Both the position numbers and the translations under genes were made by a program. Shown piece by piece: positions 56,643 through 64,000 of a stretch of 64,000 nt of DNA (position 1 is the first letter of the stretch; each line of letters opens with the position of its first letter). The stretch is taken from contig CBDDEJ010000002.1 of NCBI GenBank assembly GCA_965226915.1, forward strand, positions 102,798 to 166,797, in the 5' to 3' direction. This stretch comes from Dehalococcoidia bacterium. Its GTDB lineage: Bacteria; Chloroflexota; Dehalococcoidia; Lucifugimonadales; UBA3495. The notes under the pieces are model-generated. The model was not told the origin of the DNA and ran no database searches. It saw only the letters and a list, made by a program, of their open reading frames with translations.

Positions 56643-57794
56643 TCAAGCAGACAACGAAGCAAAAAACCGGCAGATTCGGTCTGTTCCTTCCGACACACGG
56701 TCCGCCGGAGACCGCATCAAGGCTATGCGAAAGTGGCCCTCGCCGCAATCGCCGAAACCAGAGCCGGGAGTCACCACCACACCCTCCTGCTCGATCAGCA
56801 TCATGGCCAACTTCGCCGACAGGTATTTTGCCGAATAGCGTGGGAACACAAAGGTGGCTCCCTGGGGCGCCGGGCAGGCCAATCCCGGAACATCGTTCAA
56901 CCTAGTAGCCACTACAGCGCCGAGCGTTTCGCAACTTAGCCTCCACTCTTCAATGTGGTCCTGGGGGCCGTCCAACGCCGCGGTTCCGGCGGCCTGGACA
57001 AATGGCGAGACGAAACTGGCGGTGTGCTCGTGGACTTTTCGCAGAGGCTCCAGAAGTTCTTTTGGACCGACGATGCAACCCAGCCGCCACCCGGACATGG
57101 CGTATGCTTTAGTAAAGGTGAAGCTGGTTAGGGTCTCCCACATCCCGGGAAGGGTGGCGAGGGTAACGTGGCGCTGGGAACCGTATATGAAATATTCGTA
57201 GGTCTCGTCGCAAATCACCAACAGGTCGTGCTCGGTGGCGATCCGCGCGGTCGCCTGTAATTCCTCGATCGAGTACACCCGGCCCGTGGGATTGTTGGGG
57301 TTATTTAATATTAAGGCTTTGGTCCGGGACGGGACGGTGACGTGGTGACGTGACGTGACGTGACGTGACGTGACGTGACGTGACGTGACGTGTTATTTTA
57401 GCACGTCGTAGCTCAACCGGTATTCCTCTTCTTCGCTCAAGGGGACCGATACGGGCTTTCCTTGGGAAAGTTCCACCTGTTGTCTGAAACTGACCCAGGT
57501 GGGCTCGGGCAGCAGGACTTCGTCACCTTCGCCGATGTAAGCGTTGACTGAGTAATACAGGCCCTGCTTGCTGCCCGGAGTGACCAGGATGTTGTCCTCA
57601 TCGACTTCAAGCTCGTTATTCAAAGACAGCTTGCGCGCCATCGCCCGGCGGAAATCCGGATCTCCCTTCGGTGAACTGATGTTGGTCAGCCCAGCTTGAA
57701 GCGCCGAGATACCTGCTTCGACGATGTGGGACGGAGTGACGTGGTAAGGGCTGGACTGGCTAAGGTCTATGATGTCCCGGCCTTCCAGCGTCAA
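56643..57794 (-). pseudogene. Class I/II (aspartate-type) aminotransferase interrupted by an in-frame TAA and a pentanucleotide microsatellite
   Basis: ORFs 57393..57794 and 56643..57278 are in the same frame. The total is 384 codons. Motifs: ALILNNPNNPTG (read-through region) and TFTKAYAMSGWRLG (PLP lysine). Confidence 0.7.
57337..57392. repeat. (GTGAC)n pentanucleotide microsatellite, about 10 units
   Basis: A perfect run GTGAC x9 plus GTG lies at 57345-57392, with one further unit at 57337-57341. Confidence 0.95.
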
Positions 57795-58086
57795 GTCCCT
57801 GGCCCGGTCGCCAGCCGCTATGGTGGCCGGTGGTGCACGTTTTCGATCCTAACTGCGGGTGCGCCCATCCGTTTCCTCCCCAAATCTCGATGAATTCATT
57901 CAATGGAATAGGTTAATGAGTTGCGCCGTCCAAAACAACGGCGCCGCCAAATAGTAGCACACCGGGCGCCGTGGCGATTCATGATACCCAGAGCCGTGGG
58001 AGCAAGGTATAATCACGGCGGTTCCCGCCTATATGGTTGGAAATCTTGTTGCGCTGGGACGGTGGTTGCATGGCGAAGAGGGTCCT

Positions 58087-59535
58087 ATGACATCGGTTGT
58101 TATCGTGGTATTCGACGGGCTCCAACCATCTCAAGTGAATCCTGACCTGATGCCCAATCTGTCCGCCCTGGCCGGCGGCGGCGTGACCTTCACCAACCAT
58201 CATCCGGTGTTTCCTTCTGTGACCAGGGCCAACGTCGCCAGTATGGTTACGGGCCGGGTTCCGGGAGGCCACGGCTTGGCCGGCAACCGCCTCATGGTGC
58301 GGGACTTCAACCCAAACGACGCCATCCCAGCAATGGAGCCCGAGTTGACCCAAGTAGCCAAAAAGACGGGCCGGGTGCTGCTGGCGCCTACTCTTTCGGA
58401 AATACTTGCCAGCCAGGGCCGCGAGTATCTGGCCATCGGCTCAGGCACCAGCGGCAACGCGTACCTTCAAAACCCCACGGCGGAAAAGGTAGGCGGCGCC
58501 ACTATTCATCCGGAATTCACCCTTCCTCGCAGCCTAAACCAAGAATTGGCCGGTAGATTTGGACCGTGGCCCGATGAGGACCGCCCCAACACCGCCAGGA
58601 CGGCCCATTCCCTTCGTATCATGACCGAATATATACTGGCCGAACGAAACCCCACTGTCGCGCTGATCTGGTCGTCGGAACCGGATAAGTCCCAGCACGA
58701 TTCGCCGGTCGGTTCAACCCTGTCTCATTCGGCGATTAGCCAAGCTGACGGGCAGTTCGGGGAGTTGATGGATTGGTTGCGCCGGACCGGGCAGGACGGG
58801 AACACCGACGTGATCGTTGCCTCGGACCACGGATATTCCACGATTTCCCAGACCATCGACGTTGAAGGAGCGGTCAGGGAAGCGGGGTTTCCGGCGGGGA
58901 GCGAGCCCGGCGGCGTTATCGTAGCCACCAACGGCGGGTCCGCCCTGTTTTACACCCAACCTGGTGACCAGGACACCGCCCGTCGTCTGGCGTTCTGGCT
59001 GATGGCCCAGCCGTGGTGCGGCAGCCTTACCGTTTCGGACTCGGCGGGTGAGATTCCAGGGACTCTGCCGGCGTCCGTGGTGGGCAACGAAGGCCCGCGG
59101 TGTCCCGAGATCGCCATGTCCTTCCGTTGGGACTCCAAGGCCAACGATTCGGGCTACCTGGGCACCGTCTTCTCCACCGGCGGCGCTCCGGGAAGGGGAC
59201 AGCACGGCTCTATGAGCAAGCATGAGATGAACAACGTACTGTTCGCCTGGGGCCCAAGCTTCAAGCAAAATCTCAGGGTCGAAACGCCTTCGGGCAACGT
59301 CGACTTGGCCCCGACTGTGTTGCGGATTCTTGGAATCACCGGCGGTCCGCCAATGGACGGCCGGGTGCTGGAAGAAGCCCTCGCCGGTGGTCCGGATCCA
59401 ACAACTGTTAATCGCTCAACGACTGTCCATGAAGCCGAACACCAACTGGGACAGCAGGTCTACCGGCAATCGATCAAAGTCTCCAGCGTTGGCGCGACCT
59501 CCTATGTGGATGAGGGAAACGGGGGATTGGCGTGA
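58087..59535 (+). CDS. Alkaline-phosphatase-superfamily protein (nucleotide pyrophosphatase/phosphodiesterase-like)
   Basis: ORF 58033..59535. The likely start is ATG 58087 (MTSVVIVVFDGLQPSQV...FPSVTRANVASMVTGRVPGGHG), the typical NPP/AlkP metal-site N-terminus. Confidence 0.65.
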   Translation: MTSVVIVVFDGLQPSQVNPDLMPNLSALAGGGVTFTNHHPVFPSVTRANVASMVTGRVPGGHGLAGNRLMVRDFNPNDAIPAMEPELTQVAKKTGRVLLAPTLSEILASQGREYLAIGSGTSGNAYLQNPTAEKVGGATIHPEFTLPRSLNQELAGRFGPWPDEDRPNTARTAHSLRIMTEYILAERNPTVALIWSSEPDKSQHDSPVGSTLSHSAISQADGQFGELMDWLRRTGQDGNTDVIVASDHGYSTISQTIDVEGAVREAGFPAGSEPGGVIVATNGGSALFYTQPGDQDTARRLAFWLMAQPWCGSLTVSDSAGEIPGTLPASVVGNEGPRCPEIAMSFRWDSKANDSGYLGTVFSTGGAPGRGQHGSMSKHEMNNVLFAWGPSFKQNLRVETPSGNVDLAPTVLRILGITGGPPMDGRVLEEALAGGPDPTTVNRSTTVHEAEHQLGQQVYRQSIKVSSVGATSYVDEGNGGLA

Positions 59536-59777
59536 CCCTTGTACGTAATGTCATATTGAGCTGGCCGCCCGCCTATGACATGATGAATTAGCCGCCCACC
59601 AATGTCATTCTGACTCAGGAGCGGCCGCGAAGAATTTCAACACTCGGATGACAGACAATCACGGATGACCGCCCAACTCCCCAGATTCTTCGTCACTTCG
59701 TTCCTCAGAATGACAAACATGGATTATTGCCAAACACGATGGTTTCGAGACAACGCCGAAACAGGAGGAGTTGAAAC

Positions 59778-61214
59778 ATGGCTGACTCAGACCTCATGAG
59801 CATGACTATCTCGGAGTTGGCGCCGAAGATTCAAGCTAAGGAGGTTTCGCCGGTGGAGCTAACCGAGGCCGCCTTGGCTCAGGTAGACCGGCTCCAGCCT
59901 GTGTTGAATTCCTTTATCACCATCCTCCACGACCAAGCAAGAGCTCAAGCCAAGGAGCAGGAAGCGGCGCTGATGCGGGGCGACTACCGCGGTCCGCTGC
60001 ACGGCATACCCGTGGGAATCAAGGACAATCTCGCCACCGCCGGCATCCGCACCACCGTGGGAACCAAGGTCCTGGCCGATCATGTGCCCGGCGAGGATGC
60101 CGAGGTGGTCAGCCGGATCAAGCAGGCAGGGGCGATCATTCTTGGCAAAGAAAACATGGAGGAATTCGCCGCCGGTTCCACGTCCAACAACGTTCATTAC
60201 GGCGCGGTGCATAACCCGTGGAACCTGGACCACATTCCCGGCGGGTCTAGCGGAGGAGGCGGCGCCAATGTTTCGGCCGGCGTCACCTTCGCATCTTTCG
60301 GGACCGACTTGGGCGGTTCGGTGCGGGGCCCCGCGAACTTCTGCGGCGTGGTGGGTTTGAAACAGACCTTTGGCCGGGTCAGCCAAAGAGGCTTGCTGGC
60401 CACAAGTTTCAACGGTGATCATATCGGCCCCATGACTCGGTCGGTGCGCGACAGCGCGTTAATACTTCAGGTCATCGCTGGCTATGATCCCTTGGACCCC
60501 AGCACTGTGCCAGTGGCGGTTCCGGATTACACCGAGTCCCTGGAAAGGGGGTTGAGTGGTCTGAAGGTGGGAGTGCCAACCGATTGCTATTTCGACCTGG
60601 TGCATCCCGAAGTCGAGGCCGCGGTCCGGAAGGCCATCGATACGCTGGTGGAGTTGGGCGCTGAGGTCCGAGAGGTTTCCTTGCCCAACATGAAATACGC
60701 CGGAGTGTTGAGAATCTTGGGCATGGCCGATGGTTTCGTGGCCCACGAACCCCATATCGAAAGCTTCAGGGAAGACTACGGCCCCACGGTCCTTTACCGC
60801 GCTCTGGCGGGTCAATTCGTCTTGGGGCGGGATTATTCCAAGGCGTTGAAGGTGCAGCGGATCATCAAAGAAGACTACGCCCGGGTGCTTCAGGACGTGG
60901 ATTTTCTGGCCACTCCCTCTTCCCCCATAGCGGCCTGGCGCATCGACTCCGACTCGGTTTCCCTGAACGGCGCCGATTACCCGGTCAGGGGGCCGGGCGC
61001 CGGGATGACGGCGCGTTGCACGTCTCCCAGCAACGCCACCGGGTTGCCAGCCATGTCTGTGCCCTGCGGCTTTACCCAGGCGGGACTTCCCATTGGCCTC
61101 CAGTTGATTGGCCGGCCATTCGAGGAGGCGCTGTTGTTCCAAGCCGCCCATGGGTACGAGGCGGTTTCACCCAGCCGGGGACTCCACCCGCCGGTGACCG
61201 CGAACGGAGGCTAG
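59778..61214 (+). CDS. Amidase (amidase-signature family, GatA-like)
   Basis: 478-aa ORF preceded by AGGAGGAG. AS-family motifs are GIPVGIKDN and GGSSGGGGANVSAG. Confidence 0.85.
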   Translation: MADSDLMSMTISELAPKIQAKEVSPVELTEAALAQVDRLQPVLNSFITILHDQARAQAKEQEAALMRGDYRGPLHGIPVGIKDNLATAGIRTTVGTKVLADHVPGEDAEVVSRIKQAGAIILGKENMEEFAAGSTSNNVHYGAVHNPWNLDHIPGGSSGGGGANVSAGVTFASFGTDLGGSVRGPANFCGVVGLKQTFGRVSQRGLLATSFNGDHIGPMTRSVRDSALILQVIAGYDPLDPSTVPVAVPDYTESLERGLSGLKVGVPTDCYFDLVHPEVEAAVRKAIDTLVELGAEVREVSLPNMKYAGVLRILGMADGFVAHEPHIESFREDYGPTVLYRALAGQFVLGRDYSKALKVQRIIKEDYARVLQDVDFLATPSSPIAAWRIDSDSVSLNGADYPVRGPGAGMTARCTSPSNATGLPAMSVPCGFTQAGLPIGLQLIGRPFEEALLFQAAHGYEAVSPSRGLHPPVTANGG

Positions 61215-61347
61215 TCGGGAGCCGATACGGCTTGAACCGAGAGTGATGAGCTAATAATCTGGGTGTGCTGTAAACCTTAATTCCTCAAAATGTCCGATAT
61301 CCAAGATTGGATCGTAATCTGTTGACTGGGAATTGATGGAGGGCGGA

Positions 61348-62787
61348 ATGCCAGAATATCTCCAAGACCGCTTCGGAATGTCCCTCACCACAAGCTCGGC
61401 GGCCGCTGCCGAGTGCTATCAAGACGGACTCGACAGGATGCTTTCCCAGAATCCAAGCCCGGAGCTAAAATTTCAGGAGGCGATCGAGCTGGACGAAGGC
61501 TTCGCGGCCGCCTATGGCTGTTTGGCTTTTTGGTATCAGCAGCGCGCACGTCCCGAGGAAGCCCGTGAGACGGTAAAAACAGCTGTCGAATTGGCGCAGG
61601 GAGTCACCCGCCGAGAGCGTCAGCAGATCGAGGCCGTCAATCTCTGGATAACCGGAAAGGGACGGGAGTCGATCGCCCTTATCAAAGAGCATCTCTCCGA
61701 GTTCCACCGCGATGGCTTGTTGCTTCGGCTGGCCCACCGGCTATATATGCTGGGTTGCAGCGGCGCCGGTTCACCCGATTTTCCTCCCGAATATCTGGCG
61801 CTGCTCCAAAGCGTTGAGGCTCATTGCCTGGACGATTGGGCTTTCCTGGCGGAATACGCCTTTGCCCACCATGAGACGGGGCAACTTGATAAAGCGATGG
61901 ATTTGGCCCAGCGGTCCCTGGACATGAATTCCACCAATTCAGTCGCTTGCCATTCTATGACCCACGTTCATTTCGAGCGGGGCGACGCCGCCAGCGGGGA
62001 GGACTTCTTGGGCGGCTGGCTCCAAGCCTTCGACGCGCCGGCCAGTTCCTACGTGCATCTCTCTTGGCACTTGGCCTTGTTCGAACTGGCCCAGGGGAAG
62101 TACCAGGAAACCCTGGACCGCTACGAGAATTTCATCCGGCCTTCGGTGGTTGCCAAGTCCATGTCCACGTTGAACGACAGCGCGTCCCTGATGTGGCGGT
62201 TGCAGATTTACGGAGGAACGCCGCCGCCCATGCCTTGGGAAGAGGTGCGCGCCATCGCTGCTCCAGCCGCCGATCGGCCCGGCGCCGCCTTCCGCGACGC
62301 CCATGCGGCATTGGCGTTTGCCGGAAGCGGCGATCACGAATCCATGGAAAAAATGACCGGCCGCTTGCGGAAATCCGCCCAGGATGGCGATTCCTTCACC
62401 AAGGATGTCGTTCTGCCTTTGGCCAAAGGGATCGAAGCATTCGGCCAGGGGGACTATAGCGAGGCGGTTGGCTTTTTCGAGCCGGTTTTTCCCCAGTTGG
62501 TGCGTATCGGTGGGAGCCATGCCCAGCGCGAGGTCTTTGAGGACACCATCCTGGAGGCGTACATCAGAGCCGGTCAAGTCGAGAAAGCGGAAAACATGCT
62601 GCGTTCTCGTCTAAACCAAAGAGACTCGGTCCGCGACACTTTTTGGTTGGGCCGGGTCCAGTCGGCCCAGGGCCAAACCACCGAGGCGCAATCCAACTTC
62701 GGCCGGGCAGCCCAAGGCTGGGAGGCCGGCCATGCTGATACTCCCGAGCTAACCGCATTGAACAACCTGGCGGCGGCGTCAATTTGA
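61348..62787 (+). CDS. Tetratricopeptide-repeat protein (TTC38-like)
   Basis: ORF 61333..62787. ATG 61348 is preceded by GGAGGG. It is all-helical with TPR-like repeats. Confidence 0.55.
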   Translation: MPEYLQDRFGMSLTTSSAAAAECYQDGLDRMLSQNPSPELKFQEAIELDEGFAAAYGCLAFWYQQRARPEEARETVKTAVELAQGVTRRERQQIEAVNLWITGKGRESIALIKEHLSEFHRDGLLLRLAHRLYMLGCSGAGSPDFPPEYLALLQSVEAHCLDDWAFLAEYAFAHHETGQLDKAMDLAQRSLDMNSTNSVACHSMTHVHFERGDAASGEDFLGGWLQAFDAPASSYVHLSWHLALFELAQGKYQETLDRYENFIRPSVVAKSMSTLNDSASLMWRLQIYGGTPPPMPWEEVRAIAAPAADRPGAAFRDAHAALAFAGSGDHESMEKMTGRLRKSAQDGDSFTKDVVLPLAKGIEAFGQGDYSEAVGFFEPVFPQLVRIGGSHAQREVFEDTILEAYIRAGQVEKAENMLRSRLNQRDSVRDTFWLGRVQSAQGQTTEAQSNFGRAAQGWEAGHADTPELTALNNLAAASI

Positions 62788-62819
62788 CCGATGCGCAACA
62801 AACGAACTGGTGGGCCTAA

Positions 62820-63413
62820 GGCGACCTGCTGGACGCTTGCAACTGCGAACTGCCCTGCCCCTGCCACGTCTCCTTCCGGCAAAAGGCGACCTATGATACC
62901 TGCGAGGCGATCTGGGGTGTGAGTATCGAACGGGGCGAGTGGGGTGATGGGAGCCTAGACGGCCTCAAAGCCGTGATCGTTGCCTTTGTTCCGGGTCCGC
63001 TGATGATCGAAGGGGGCTGGACCGCCCTCTTGTACATCGACGACAGCGCCGAAGCAAACCAAGAAGAAGCATTGACCAGCATATTTTCCGGAGCAACTGG
63101 CGGTCCTTGGTCAAGGCTCGCCGCGTTTTTCGCCGACGGAGAGTATAAGCAGGTCACAACGGCGAAAATCAACTTTGAGAAAGAGCTCCGGACTCGGAAG
63201 ATCAGCGTGCCGGGGTTCGCCAGTCTGGAGATCGAAGCAATACGCGGCGTCGACCCCGATGAAGACGTCAAGCTGATAAACCTCCGCAACGTAATCCACG
63301 GCCCCGAACACGTCCTCGCCCTTTCCACCCACAGCGTCGACGACCAGGGAGTCAAATGGGAAAACGCCGGCAAAAATGGCCTCTACAGCACCTTCCGCTG
63401 GTCGGGGCCTTAG
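62820..63413 (+). pseudogene. DUF1326-family protein; N-terminus lacks an in-frame start and is preceded by an in-frame TAA
   Basis: The ORF track starts at 62919. The same frame upstream reads GDLLDACNCELPCPCHVSFRQKATYDTCEAIWG, the DUF1326 Cys motif. It is preceded by ...TNWWA-TAA(62817-62819). Confidence 0.55.
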
Positions 63414-63537
63414 TATCAGGAACCCCTACATCGAGCAGTCTAAGATCGTAGGCTAGGCCCGCCAAGCGCGGCGCGACACGACGATTTAAGATTCTTCGGT
63501 CGCTCCACTTCTCAGAATGGCGGTTCTGAGGAGTCCG

Positions 63538-64000
63538 CTACTCCGCGTCCCGGATGGCCCGCCATACCCGCTCGGGTGTCAGCGGCGTGTCGATGTTGCG
63601 AATTTTCAGGTCTGAGAGCGCGTCCAGCACGGCGTTGGTTATGGCCACGGGCGAGGGCACGGTTGAGACCGATCCGACGCCCTTGGCGCCCAGCGGATTG
63701 GTGGGCGAGGGGGTGTCTATGTTTTCCATGATCAGGTCCGGCATGGTGTTGGCCCTGGGCATGGCGTAATCCATGAAGCTGGCGGTCAGGGGCTGCCCGT
63801 CGGAGCTGTAGACCATCCCTTCGGTCAGCGCCTGGCCAACGCCCTGGGCTATCCCGCCGTGGATCTGGCCCTCCACCAACAGAGGATTGATGATGCGGCC
63901 GCTATCGTGGACACCCCAGTATTTCAGTATCTCGATGTTCCCCGTCTCCCGGCTCACCTCCACCACGACTATGTGGGCGGCAAATGAATAGGGTGATTCC
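63538..64000 (-). CDS. Xanthine dehydrogenase/CoxL-family molybdopterin-binding subunit (C-terminal end; 5' part off the window)
   Basis: ORF 63538..63966, with the frame open to 64000. Sequence reads ...HDSGRIINPLLVEGQIHGGIAQGVGQALTEGM...NPLGAKGVGSVSTVPSPVAITNAV... Confidence 0.85.
   Translation of the reverse strand, partial: ESPYSFAAHIVVVEVSRETGNIEILKYWGVHDSGRIINPLLVEGQIHGGIAQGVGQALTEGMVYSSDGQPLTASFMDYAMPRANTMPDLIMENIDTPSPTNPLGAKGVGSVSTVPSPVAITNAVLDALSDLKIRNIDTPLTPERVWRAIRDAE

Noticed and set aside
57393-57395. Stop-codon reassignment (TAA/TAG read as sense) as an explanation for the in-frame stops
   Set aside because: Well-defined genes in this window end at TAA (S8 protease, secreted protein) and TAG (kinase, amidohydrolase) at family-appropriate lengths. 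Ordinary nonsense mutations are therefore more parsimonious. Only a genome-wide count could overturn this.

Overview
This is a 64-kb, visibly GC-rich bacterial chromosomal window with one tRNA, no rRNA and no CRISPR array.

**Backbone genes** are ordinary catabolic and envelope functions:
- AMP-dependent acyl-CoA ligase (left edge), S8 protease, two Amidohydro_2 enzymes, M24 peptidase.
- A ~1080-aa BNR/sortilin-like propeller protein, an MFS exporter, an FAD/NAD(P) oxidoreductase.
- A 4-gene ABC-2 exporter (ATPase-permease-ATPase-permease).
- TolB-like and arylsulfotransferase-like propellers, an AlkP/NPP-family enzyme, an amidase, a TPR protein, DUF1326.
- A CoxL/XDH-type molybdopterin subunit (right edge).

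**Mobile DNA.** The load is unusually high:
- One intact IS1380, one internally deleted IS1380 in inverted orientation, and one IS1380 fragment.
- Two IS21 right-end remnants and an IS3 orfA remnant.
- An IS5/IS1182-like element with a frameshifted transposase.
- An ISBst12-like IS66 element, with an 8-bp target duplication, inside an FG-GAP/PKD surface-protein gene.
- A zinc-ribbon transposase-like gene.
- Two CTAG-flanked MITE families: a 179-bp element in three copies and a 153-bp element with 23-bp terminal inverted repeats.

**Integrative element.** About 35.1-41.8 kb holds a tRNA-Leu(CAA)-anchored element. It encodes AlpA, a primase-polymerase, a 49-bp-arm perfect inverted repeat, an SF1 helicase and a P4-type integrase. 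Directly to its left (27.9-34.8 kb) is a patch of decayed recombination modules. That patch carries an AT-richer orphan gene with a HEPN-like central region.

**Gene decay.** At least a dozen genes are broken by 1-nt indels, in-frame stops, deletions, IS/MITE insertions or a pentanucleotide microsatellite. I cannot tell from the sequence alone whether this is true decay or indel-prone assembly.

**Other notable item.** A predicted lipoprotein carries a short collagen-like tract and five tandem Cache-like domains encoded by near-identical 384-bp repeats.

**Limits.** All coordinates were counted by hand and may be off by a few nt. Family calls rest on recognised motifs, not on searches.
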